The notes under the pieces are model-generated. The model saw only the letters and a program-made list of their open reading frames with translations, was not told where the DNA came from and did not search any database. From NCBI RefSeq assembly GCF_009914755.1, contig NC_060943.1: a DNA stretch of 64,000 bases, one strand, 5' to 3'. Positions 27,120 through 38,320 of this stretch are shown here, piece by piece (the first letter of the stretch is position 1; each line of letters starts with the position of its first letter). This DNA comes from the human T2T-CHM13v2.0 reference genome, Homo sapiens. The position numbers were made by a program, and so were the translations under genes.

Positions 27120-28150
27120 TACTTGTGTGCCAATGTCTGATGGGAATGGTGGCCCCCTGTTTCAGGGAGTGAAGGCAATGATGGATCCTGAGTTCTGGAT
27201 ATTTGTAGGAATTGCAGTAGATGAGTCTTATGTGCTGAGAGATTTGGAGCCCTGTATTTCAGAGAATGAAGGAACCAGTGGTCCCTGTGACTTGCTAACT
27301 GATGAGAACAGAACAGAGGCCTTATGTTTCAGAAACTAATGGGAATTATGGTCACTGTTCCTGGGGGGCTTAAGCAAGTCCCAGCCTAATCCACAAGTCA
27401 TTTATTATTCACTCATCTCCTCATTCATTCACTTAGCAAACATTTTCCTGAGCCCCTGCTCTGAGCCATGCCTGGGTGGAGTGATATTGAGGACACAGAA
27501 ATGACTCAGACCCAGACTGTGCCCTCAGTAAATTCCCAAAGACAGACCCAGACATAGAAAATCACAACACAACAGGATCAGGGCCAGGACAAGGACTGTG
27601 ATGTGGTGCCTGTCCTGATCTGTCTACAGGGCATCCAGGGTGAATGTAGAATGACAGTAACTCTAGATCGTAAGTGAAAGTGAGGGGTCTGACAAAGGGT
27701 CCTTCTTAATCATACATGAATTTGTGTGCATGACAAGTTTAAATGTACCCAGTGTCAATCCTTAGAAATAGCATATTTTCCCAGAGCAAGCCCACCCCAA
27801 AGAAGGAGCCAGAGAGGCCTGGGTTTGAATCTCTAGCTCCATCACATACTTTGTGAGCTTGGGCAACTCGCTATTCAGAACTGCATCCTATTCAGTATTC
27901 CATCCTTACAATTGGGATAATAATAGTTTCTAATAATAAGGTTTCTGTGTAATCAATGATATAATGTATAACAAATACTCATCCCAGGAACTGGCTCCAA
28001 GTAGTCATTCAATAAAGGGTATCTGTTGTCATTATTATTATCCCATTGTTAGTAATTATCAACAAATTTTAAAGGATCTAGAAGTAAGCATTTATCGAAT
28101 ATCTGGGTTTAGAGGCTTAAAAGCATTGGACAAAATCACTTTAAAAATCA

Positions 28151-28463
<313 letters not shown>

Positions 28464-29749
28464 AGCAAATCTGTAAATATCAATATGCATAACCATTAGT
28501 TTCTTGACATAAAAAACCTCCCAATCTCCCAATTAACTGAATACACTAGGAATAAATAGATGAATACAATGGAATATTATATCACTATTAAAATGAATGA
28601 GGAGGTTCTATAAGCCTAGATATGGGAGGATCTTTGGATATCATGTAAAAAAAAAAAAAAAAAACCAAGGTGCAGAATAATGTGATCCTATCAGGGGACA
28701 GAAAAGAGGAGGGTGGTATATATGTGCATAGATGTATAAAATTCCTCTGGAAAGATACATAAGAAATTAGTGAATATATGCTGTCCCCAGAGAGGAGAAC
28801 TGGGTGGCTGGAGGATAGGGAGGGAGGGAGATGCACTGTTGAAAGCCCAGCACCATGCATCCTGAACGTTTTCCCTGGCTCTTAATGTCCACTAAGTTCT
28901 CAGATGCCCACAGCATCTCTCTCCTCTACCCTCTTCTTCCTCCTAGTTCCCCATTGAAAGCAACTCCTGCCCCATCCGTTCCTGGGCCAGACTCAGGGAG
29001 TTGTAGTTTTCCTACCTGTTTCCCGCCCACAGGTTCCTGTTCTCTGCCCCCAGTGCCCAGCAGTCTCCAGCCATCTCCAGCTCCTCACATTCCTGCCCCA
29101 CCCCTTCCTCTCTCCCCAGGTCCTAGCCCGCAAACTGCAGGGAGGGGGCCTCCTCCCCAGCCTCCACCCGTCTCTCCCCCTCCACTCCACACAGCCTCAG
29201 CGGGGTCTGACATTCAGCTATAACCGTGTCCCCGCCCCTTGCTCACAACCTTCCAGGGCTCCCTGTCACCCTCAGAAGGCTAAGTTCCCAGCCTGGCCTG
29301 AAACTCCCTAAGAATCTGACCCCGCCCGCTCGCCCCACCAGCCTCATCTCCTGTGCTCCTTGGCTCCTGGCTTCGGAGGCTCTAGTCAGACTTAAGGGCT
29401 TTGTTGTCCTCCCAGCACCTCCTTGGTTTCCTGCCTTGGGCCTTCGCTTCAGCTGTGCCCTCTGCCTGGAAGGGCCTTAGTGGAGGTCATGCCACAACCA
29501 CGCCTTCTCTGGAGGTCCTCTCTGCCGTCTCCAGCTGCCAGGATTCCTCCCGCCCTGGGCTCTCACAGCCTCTGGCCTCTCCCTGTGTCATACCCAGATC
29601 ACCCGGGATTGGGACTGTCTGCGGCTGGCTCTGTCTCTTCCATCAGACTGTGAGCTCCATCTGCAAGGGCAGATTCGGGTCTGATTCACCTTTGAGCCCC
29701 CAGTGGGTGGGGGTGGGGGGTGGAGATACTAAAGCTGGTGGGGGCGAAG

Positions 29750-30200
29750 CTGGGAGAGCAGGAAGGGGGAGAGAGAGACGGGCAGACCCTGACTGGTTCG
29801 GGGAGAGAGGGGAGGAGAAAGCGAGAGAGAGGAAGAACAGAGACACAGAGACAGGAAGGGAGGGAGAGAAACAGAGAAAAGGGAAGAATAAATGGGAGAC
29901 ACAGATAATGCCCCACAGGCAGAGAAAGAGGATGGAGATAGGGAGAGGGCGAAAGGAAGGACAGATGTGCAGAGACAGAAGGGAGGACAGACGGAAAGAG
30001 ACACAGAGAGGCAGCAAAAGCAACCAAGAATGACAGGAGCAGAGAGGAGGAGGGAAAGAGGGAGAGAGAGAGAGAGAGAACGAGAGAGAAGGGAGGGAGG
30101 GAGAGAGGGAGAGAGAGAGCGAGAGAGCACGCACAGAGCGAGGAGGAGGCGCAGGAGAGAAGAGGGAGGGAGGCCAGCGAGGGACAGGACGGGGCGGAGA
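29750..30200. repeat. GA-rich low-complexity tract
   Basis: Directly visible; second tract at 32340-32830. Confidence 0.9.
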
Positions 30201-30800
30201 GGCGGAGGGGAGCTAGGGAAAGCCGGGGAGGAGCGAGACTGGCCGAGGGAGGAGGGCGGGCGAGGCGGGAGCGCCGGCCCCGCCGCCTCCCGGCCTCTTT
30301 TGTCCCTTCCCTCCTCTGCGTCAGGCTCCTCTGGCCCGGCCTCCCCCTCCCGCTCCCTCCTCCTCCCCGGGGCTGGATGGAATTTTTTCCCCTGGACCTG
30401 GGCCAGCTCCGGGGCAGGGGGGAAGCCAGGCCGGACTGGGCTGGGCGGTGGGGAGGGGCCGGGGCGGGGGGCCCCCTGGGGAGGGGGCTGGTCCGACGGC
30501 CGCGCAGCCGGCGGGGTCCAGGGAGGGGGAGCCCCGGACCGCAGAGCCGGGGAGGAGGTGACGGCCGGAGGGAGTCGGGGAGAAGGGAAGGAGGATGGCG
30601 GGGACGGCGGGAGGAAGGGGAGAGGCCGCCGTGCGGCGAAGGCGGGGAGAGGATGGAGAGCGCTCGGCGGCGGTGGGGCCCGGCCTGCGGGCCCGGGGCG
30701 GCGGAGAAGACCCCTTCCCTGCGACGCGGGAGCCGCGGGAGCCGTGAGTCTGCGGAAAGGGAGGGTGGGGGGCTGGGGCCCGCACTCCTGGGTCCCTGAG
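30150..30800. promoter_or_regulatory. CpG island, probable promoter of the miRNA-cluster host / long SPACA6 transcript
   Basis: Very GC- and CpG-rich, multiple GGGCGG boxes, candidate donors GAG|gtgacg (30557/8) and CC|gtgagt (30743/4). Confidence 0.75.
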
Positions 30801-31289
30801 GGAGGAGCACCCGGGGGCCTGGATTTCAGGGTTCTTGGAGGAGGAGTTGGGGGTGGGGAGGGTGGGGTGGCTGGGAGCCCAGACTCCTGAATCCTTGAAG
30901 GAGGGGGCTGGGACCTGGATCCCGGGGTCCAGAATCTGGAGAAGGCTGGGGACACTTCCTGGATTCAAGAGGGAGGACAGAGATGGGGGCTGGGGCTGGT
31001 AGGATCGTGGCTGGAAGAGACTAGGGGCGAGCTGCCCGAGCCCTCGGGGGAGGTGGAGGAAGACTGGCTTTGGAGTGCCTGCGGCAGCGGAAGGGTTAAC
31101 GTCTGGCTGGAGGGGAGGGGGAGGCGCAGGGATGGGGCTGCGGGGCTTTGAGGGGTCAAGGGTGAGCCGTGCCAGTGGGAGGGGGCCAAGGAGGAGGGGG
31201 AGGTTGTCTGGGCTGCCAGACAGGCCAGGGTCAGCGGCGGGGGCAGGAGATGTCTGGAGGAGGAGAGGCCCAGCATCCATGCTCCCTCG

Positions 31290-31670
31290 GGGACCCGGGA
31301 TTCCAGGTCCCAGACCCCTCCTCCCTCAGATCTGGGAGTACACCACCCAGTCCCCCACCCATTCCAGAATCCGAGCCCCCAGCCCCCTTTTTTCCAGGAT
31401 CCAGGAGTCTGAGCCCCCAGTCTGTTCTCTCAGACCAGGGAATCCACACTCCAGCCCCTAACTCCTTCAAAACCCCAGAGTTCAGAACCTCAGCCCCTCT
31501 TCCCAAGGAGCGCGGCCCCCAACCCTCTGTTCCTCTAGAACCCAAGCGTTCAGGCTCCGGCATCTTTCTCCCTTTGAAGCCTGCAGTTCTGGGGATCCCC
31601 AGGCCCCTCCTCCTCCGGAACCCAGGAGTCCCCACCTCCTCTTTAGCCCCAGCTGGAGTCCAGCCCTCCA
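31290..31670 (+). repeat. Degenerate MSR1-like array
   Basis: CCAGGAGTC..CCCCCAGCCCC units. Confidence 0.65.
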
Positions 31671-33469
31671 GGGGTTAAGGGGGCGGGACCAGCTAGTTGC
31701 CATGGTGCCAGACTGTTTGGGTCTGCTCTCTGACCCTTGGGGGCTCCCCAGGGTCCGCAGAGAGGGGGAGGAGGACCTAGGCCTGGGGGAAGTCCAGAGC
31801 CTACCCCTTCCCCAAAGCGGGGCTATGGGCCCAGGGAGTTCGCGTTTCCACCAACGCCTTGTCCAGTGACCTTGAACAAGTCCTGACCCTTCTCTCTCCG
31901 CCTCAGTTTCCCCAAGGAGACACTGGTTGGCGGGTGGGGGAGATGCTTAGGTCCGGGGAATCTCTGAGATTCTCGGCTTCCCCTCTCCCCTCACCCTCCT
32001 CCTCAGGCCCCAGGCAGCCCCGGGGCATGCTGGGAACCCAGGCCTGGGCTCCGGGCCAGGTTGGTGTGGGGGGGTGGGGGCGGGGGCAGCCTCCTCCCTT
32101 CCCCTTCCTCCCCACCTTGGCCTGACTCTCGCCCCCGCCTGAGGGTCTGGGAGGTTGGGAAGGAGGGAAGGGGGAAGAGAGCTGGGGCCGTAGACCCGTC
32201 TCCGGCCCCCGCCTCCCCCTTTCCTCCTCCGCCCCTTTCCCGCCTCTCCTCCCCCTCCTCAGGTCGCTACCCCAGCCCTGGGCCCCTTCTCAAACCACCC
32301 CCACCCCACCCCCAGCTCCAGACCTGGCTCGAGCTGCGAGGGGGAGGGAGAGAGGGAAGGAGAAAAGAGAGAGAGAGAAGGGAGGGAGACCCAAAGAGAG
32401 AAGGGGGAGGGGAGGAAAGAGAGAGACCTAAGAGGGAGGGAAGGAGAGAGAGAGGGAGAGAGACAGAGACTGAGAGAGAGCAGGAGACGGAGGTGAGGGA
32501 TGGAGAGAGGGAAGGGGCGGAGGGAGAGGAAGTGAGGAAAGACATCCGAAAAAAGGGGGTGGAGAAGGGTGAGAAAGAGGAGAGAGACTGAGAGAGGGCC
32601 AGAGAGAGAATGAGAGAGACAAAGAGGGGGAAGGGGGAGAAGGGGAGGATGAAAGACAGAAGGTAGAGGAAAAGCAGGAGAAAGAGGGGGAGAGAAGGAA
32701 GAAAACAGAAGCGGGGAGAGGAGAGAGGCGATGGGCAGAGAGAGAAGCCAGCGCAGAGCCAGGGAGGGATGTCCTGATGCAGGAGGAGGCTGGGAACCAG
32801 GGAAGGTGGAAAGAAAGAGGGAGAGAGAAAAAGGCAGGGCCAGAGAGACCTGGACTGCGAGAAAGGAACCGGAAGGTGCGCCTGGAGCAGGGGCAGCGAG
32901 AACCAGACAGTCCAGGAGGAGGGGCTGGGCACGGGAGAGACCCCAGCTGGAGGGGCTCAGAGCCCAGGGGTGGGGAGGGTGGGTGCTGGGTCCCGGGGTC
33001 CAGAAGCTGGAGAAGGCTGGGGACACCTCCTGGATTCAAGAGGGAGGACAGAGATGGGGCTGGGCAGACTTTGGGAGCCTCTTCCCCTCTCTGAGGCTCA
33101 GCCCCCTCACCTGCCAAATGGGGATGCTGAGGGCACCTCGCTCTCTGGAGTGGGAGGTGTCAGGGAGAGGACTGGTGCTCAGGGCCTGGTATGGGGTCAG
33201 CGCTGGGAGATTGTGGCTGTCATAGTTGTAAATGACCCAAAGAAGGGAGGAGAGAGGAAAGAAAGCACCTAGGGAGGCTCTGATGGTTGGCTAGCCCCTG
33301 GCCTCCTTAGCCCTGGGCCTGGAGTCTCTGCAGACTGACAGGAGGGTAGGTAGGAAGCAGGTGTGCCCAAAGGGCCAAATTACGAGACAAATGAGGTTCC
33401 CTCCCAGCCGGCACCCAGGAAGCCAGGTTTTCTATCAGGCCATGCCTTCCCCAGGAGGCCTGCCTGGCC

Positions 33470-33774
33470 GGAGGGAGGAGGGGCTGGGGGCAGGGACTCC
33501 TGGGTCTCTGGGGAGAAGGAGGCTTTGGATCTGGACTCATGAGTCTGAGGGAGGAAGGGGCTGAGTCCTTGGATTCCAGGAACATTTGGGGAGAAAAGGG
33601 CCAGAGGCCTGGATTCCTGGGTCTGTGGTGAGGAAGGGCCTAGACTTCTGGGTTCTTTAGGGAGGAGGGGGATGAGAGCCTTGACTCCAGGGTCCCTGAT
33701 GAGGAAGGGGCTGAGGGCCTGGACTCCTGGGTTCCTTGGGGAGGAGGGGCCGGGGGCCCGGACTCCTGGGTCCT
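33470..33774 (-). repeat. MSR1-like ~37-bp minisatellite abutting pre-miR-99b
   Basis: About 8 degenerate GGGCTGGGGGCCTGGACTCCTGGGTCTGAGGGAGGAG units. Confidence 0.8.
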
Positions 33775-33844
33775 GGCACCCACCCGTAGAACCGACCTTG
33801 CGGGGCCTTCGCCGCACACAAGCTCGTGTCTGTGGGTCCGTGTC
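33775..33844 (+). ncRNA. MIR99B: pre-miR-99b (5p 33781-33802, 3p 33819-33840)
   Basis: Exact mature sequences CACCCGTAGAACCGACCTTGCG and CAAGCTCGTGTCTGTGGGTCCG in a hairpin. Confidence 0.99.
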
Positions 33845-33948
33845 GGGGGCTCACCATCGCGGCTGGGGCCTCCCCGGCCCTCCCCCTCATCCCTGGTCCT
33901 CCTGGTCCCTGTCTGTCTGTCTGTCGGGTCTGTCCACCTGCCGCGCCC

Positions 33949-34027
33949 CCCGGGCTGAGGTAGGAGGTTGTATAGTTGAGGAGGACACCCAAGGAGATCA
34001 CTATACGGCCTCCTAGCTTTCCCCAGG
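33949..34027 (+). ncRNA. MIRLET7E: pre-let-7e (5p 33956-33977, 3p 34001-34022)
   Basis: TGAGGTAGGAGGTTGTATAGTT and CTATACGGCCTCCTAGCTTTCC; GGAG LIN28-type motifs in loop. Confidence 0.99.
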
Positions 34028-34416
34028 CTGCGCCCTGCACGGGACGGGGCCCGGCGGGGACCCCCAGCCCCACTCAGGGACCCTTAGCCCCACTGGGCTG
34101 CCCCAGGGACCCTGGGAGGAAGAGCCGGGCTCTTTTCTGTCCTTGTCCCTGCATCCCCTCCTTCCCCTGAAATCTGTTTTCCTTCCCTGTCTGTCTCCAT
34201 CTCTGCTGTGTCTCTGTGGCTTCTGTGTCTCTTTCACAGTGGATCCTCTGACTCCCTCTTATTCTGGCTTTCTAGGTCTCTGCCCCTCCCGATATCTCTC
34301 TGTGTCTCTATTTCTGTCGTTTTTGGTCTTTCTGTCTCTGGCTCTCAGAATGTCTCTGTGCCTATCTCCATCTCTGACCCCCACCCCAGGGTCTACCGGG
34401 CCACCGCACACCATGT

Positions 34417-34502
34417 TGCCAGTCTCTAGGTCCCTGAGACCCTTTAACCTGTGAGGACATCCAGGGTCACAGGTGAGGTTCTTGGGAGCCTGGCGTCTGG
34501 CC
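34417..34502 (+). ncRNA. MIR125A: pre-miR-125a (5p 34431-34454, 3p 34469-34490)
   Basis: TCCCTGAGACCCTTTAACCTGTGA and ACAGGTGAGGTTCTTGGGAGCC. Confidence 0.99.
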
Positions 34503-34530
34503 CAACCACACACCTGGGGAATTGCTGGCC

Positions 34531-34655
34531 TGACTTCTGACCCCTGACTCCTCATACCCTTCCTCCAGAGCATGACATTTGACCACCAACTGAAACCTGA
34601 CCTCTGACCCCAGACCACTGGCCCTTCCCCCGCCCTGTGGTGACTTCATAAAGGT
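34531..34655 (+). promoter_or_regulatory. Candidate proximal SPACA6 promoter (DR1 cluster, GC box, CRE-like site)
   Basis: TGACTT-C-TGACCC-C-TGACTC 34531-34550; TGACCT-C-TGACCC 34598-34610; CCCCGCCC 34627-34634; TGACTTCA 34641-34648. Confidence 0.5.
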
Positions 34656-34689
34656 TACTAGCTTCTCCCCTGGCCTTGAGACCCACACG

Positions 34690-34903
34690 ATGGCCCTGCT
34701 GGCTCTGGCCAGTGCCGTCCCGTCTGCCCTGCTGGCCCTGGCTGTCTTCAGGGTGCCCGCCTGGGCCTGTCTCCTCTGCTTCACAACCTACTCTGAGCGC
34801 CTCCGCATCTGCCAGATGTTTGTTGGGATGCGGAGCCCCAAGCTTGAAGAGTGTGAGGAGGCCTTCACGGCCGCCTTCCAGGGCCTCTCTGACACCGAAA
34901 TCA
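34690..34903 (+). CDS. SPACA6: SPACA6 coding exon 1 (signal peptide, start of four-helix bundle)
   Basis: MALLALASAVPSALLALAVFRVPAWACLLCF...LSDTEI; donor A|GTGAGG; nine exons sum to 975 nt = 324 aa + stop. Confidence 0.97.
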
Positions 34904-35089
34904 GTGAGGAGACCATCCACACTTCATCAGTGTCCTGGGGAAGGTGCAGAGGGAGGGCAGGAGAGGCCCAGAGGGTCAGGCTGAGGGACAGACAGAGAGA
35001 AACAGTCAGAGGAGAAAGGCTCAAAGACCATGAGAACAACAGAGACTTAGGGACAGAGAGACACAGACAGGGGAAGACAGCAGGGCAAA

Positions 35090-35410
35090 GACTCAGAGAG
35101 GGGAGGATGGAGAGTCAGAGAGGGGAAGATGGAGACTCAGAGAGGGGGAAGATGGAGACTCAGAGAGAGAGGAAGATGGAGACTCGGAAAGATGGAGACT
35201 CAGGAGTATGGAGAGTCAGAGAGGGGAGGATGGACACTCGGGAGGATGGAGAGTCAGGAGGATGGAGACTCATAGAAAGGGGAGGATGGAGAGTCAGGAG
35301 AGGTTGGAGACTGGAGAGGGAATAGAGACCCAGAGAGGGGAGGATGGAGACTCAGAGGGTGGAAGATGGAGACTCAAAGAGGATGGAAACCCAGAGAGAG
35401 GAGGACAGAG
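35090..35410 (+). repeat. ~22-bp minisatellite in SPACA6 intron 1
   Basis: Tandem GAGACTCAGAGAGGGGAAGATG. Confidence 0.9.
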
Positions 35411-35640
35411 ATGAGGCAGAGACTAGGGGAAGCAGGATAGCGACTGGTCGGGGGCAGAGACTCAGGGAGGATAGAGACTTGGGAGGGACTCAGGAAGCAT
35501 AGCGACTGTGGGGCAAAGAGTCAGAGAGGGGAGGATACAGACTTGGGAGGGCAGAGACTCAGAAACAGAATGTTCGCATTAGGGACATGGTGTTGCGGGG
35601 AGCTGCCTCCCCCAGCCCCTGCTCCCTCCCTCACCGCCAG

Positions 35641-35718
35641 ACTATGATGAGAGAAGCCACCTGCATGACACCTTCACCCAGATGACCCATGCCCTGCAGG
35701 AGCTGGCTGCTGCCCAGG
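35641..35718 (+). CDS. SPACA6: SPACA6 coding exon 2
   Basis: cag|AC...; (N)YDERSHLHDTFTQMTHALQELAAAQ; G|gtgagt. Confidence 0.96.
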
Positions 35719-37612
35719 GTGAGTGTGTGGGGATGGGGAGATGGGAGATGTGGACTTGGAGCCCCTAAGAAATGGGTATGTGGGAGGGCCCAGGGCAGAG
35801 GAAGGAGGCCCCCAGAGTTGGGCAGTGATCCGGGAGGGGAAAGCTGGGAAGACATTGAGCTCAGCTACTTGTCCAAACGAAGGCTGAAGGCAGCTCTAAG
35901 AGCCAGGGGCTGAAGGTGGTGAGGGGGAAGGGACGCTGCAGAAATTGCCTAGAGCTGGAAGTCCAGATGGGGTCGGGTAGGCATAGGTTCTGCCATGGCT
36001 GCATGGCTCACACTCTTACTGGCTATGAAGTTCTGGGTGTGTCACTGCCCCTCTCCTGGCCTCAACTTACCCATCTGTAAAGTGGGACAATCTTCTTGCC
36101 TCCTAGGATGGCCATGGAGCTCAGTGCAGGGGTTGGGGCTGCCTGATGAGCCTGATCTTAGGGAAGGCATCTTCCTCTAGGATAGAACACACACACACTC
36201 GCACACAGACACGCTCAGAGACATACACTCACACTCACACACACACACAGATTTCTTATAAAGTGATTCCACATTTTTGAGGTGTGAGGCAATTAGAGGG
36301 CGGGAAAACAGGAACAGCAGAGTGGATCACTCAGGTGACAGCAGTGAAAAGAGACAAGGTGTGACTGTCCTGGTGAGACAGGCACATGTGACAGCCTTGA
36401 GGTGTGTGGCTGTGCGAAGAGACCTCAGGGCTGGGGGCCACGCAATGCCGATGGGCAGCATGGGCGGTAATCATGCCTGATCACCATGGCCATGATCCCC
36501 ACGAGGTGCCAGACCCTGGAACTGTGGAGGCTCGGAGTTGCAGGAGTTACAGAGCCCTGCGCTATAGAATAAACTGGCTTCCTCTTAGGTCCAGGAGCTC
36601 AGGGCTTATTCCCACACCCACAGTCGCTCCTTTTGCTTCCTGCTTTGCCCTCCAAGCGTCCTGTCAACAATCCCGGAAGAGGGAAGGTTCCCATCCACCC
36701 AGGGGGCATCCAGGGCCAGCCTGGAGAAGGCCTCAGCTGTGGCTCTCCCCATCTCCACCCTAAAGGGAGACCTGAGGCCCTAAACCTCTCCATGTGGGGG
36801 TGTGCAGGATTCCAAGAAATGCCCTTTCTCCCCACATAGGCTGCCTTGTTACAGAAGCTTTTGAAAAGATGAGGAACCTTTGGATCTGGGAATGGAAGCC
36901 TTCTGTGGGGCCGCATGGGGGACAAACTTGGAGGGGAGAGAGAAGAGGCTGGGTGAGGGTCCAGGCCAGAGCGGAGGCCCGAGTGGGGGCTGGGGCCGTG
37001 AAGGTGGAGAAGGGCCAGGGCCAGAGAGTTAGGTCTGCTGGGCTGTTTTGGGAAGCATAGAGAACAGCATCTGAGACAGGTCCTGCTCTGTGCCTGTTGG
37101 GCGGTGGGTCATCACCGAAATAAGGAGCCTGAGAGAAAGAGCCGGGGGCAGATGATAAGCTGGGTTAGAAGGCAGTGACTTTGAGGGGTCCCAGGGACGT
37201 TTAGGAGGCAGCTAGATACCTAGGTGCAGAGTTCAGCAGAAAAGTCAGAGAGTGTTGAGTCTCTTTCCTCAGGGCGCTGGGGAGCTGCAGCAGGAGTGTG
37301 AGCAGTGAAGAAGTAGGGGCAGCTCTGGGTGTAGAAAGAACCCTCTGGGGTCGTGTCAAAGATGGACCAGAGGGAGAGTCTGGAGGCCGGGAGAAGCTGG
37401 TGCAATACGTTCAATTATACTTACTGAATGTGCCAGGAACAACCGCTGTGACCAAAACTGCAAACCACCTGTCCTCGGGTTGCTTATATTGGGGTGGAGT
37501 CTGGGGAGATAGACAATAAACATAATCGATAAAATATCTTAGTATCTTAGTATGTCAGTTGGTGATCCCTGCCATGGAGGAAAACAGAGAAGGGGAAGAG
37601 AAAGGGGTGATA

Positions 37613-37911
37613 GTTTTTTTGTTTTTTTGAGATAGGGTCTCACTTTGTCACCCAGGCTGGATTGCAGTGATGTGATTATACCTCACTACAGCTTCAAACT
37701 CCTGGGCTCAAGCGATCTTCCTGCCTCAGCCTCCCAAGTAGCTGGGACTATAGGTGTGCGCCACCATCTTTGGCTAATTTTTTAAATAGTTTGTAATGAT
37801 GGTGTCTTGTTATGTTGCATGGGTTGGTCTTGAACTCCTGGGCTCAAGTGATCTTCCCACCTCAGCCTCCCAAAGTGCTGGGATTACAGGCATGAACTAC
37901 CGTACCTGGCT
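37613..37911 (-). mobile_element. AluJ, SPACA6 intron 2
   Basis: Antisense dimer. Confidence 0.9.
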
Positions 37912-38140
37912 GGGTGATAATTTTAAATAGGTTGGTCAGGGCAGGTGGAAATGACAGGGTCCAGTTGAGCAAAGACCTGAGCAAGGTGACAGTGACAGCG
38001 ACAGCCATGCAGATAATCTGTGGAAAGAGATTTTCAGGCCACAGGGAATAGCCAGTGCAAGACCCTGGGGCCCGTGGGGCTGGAGTAAAGGTGAAATCAG
38101 AGAGATAGCAAGGGGCCACCTCCTGTAGATCCTCATAGAC

Positions 38141-38320
38141 AGGGGGTTCTCAAGCCCCAGCATACATCAGAATCCCCTGGGAGCTTATTTAAAATGCAGA
38201 TTTCTGGGCTTCACCACCTCTGACCAGGAGGTCCAAGGTAGGGCCCAGACATGGACGTTTCTGTCAAGATCCCAGGGAATGCTGATGCTGCTGCTCCGGG
38301 AACACTCTTTGAGAATCACT
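38141..38320. mobile_element. MER5A
   Basis: GGTTCTCAA..CATCAGAATC..TAAAATGCAGATT..CTTTGAGAATCACTG. Confidence 0.75.

Larger units (their letters stand above)
25720..27360 (-). pseudogene. Decayed Ser/Thr/Pro-rich repeat-coding exon interrupted by Tigger4b(+Alu) and MER30
   Basis: 11-aa units like SETQGPPFSST and 20-aa units like DNPSMWGDQPQTQDNPRAP; frame continuous across the empty Tigger TA site; stops fall at Q/E/W positions. Confidence 0.5.

Noticed and set aside
29400-33300. Long overlapping ORFs of up to 408 aa on both strands
   Set aside because: Low-complexity G/P/R/S/E translations of GC-rich and GA-rich DNA lacking stop codons; no domain character
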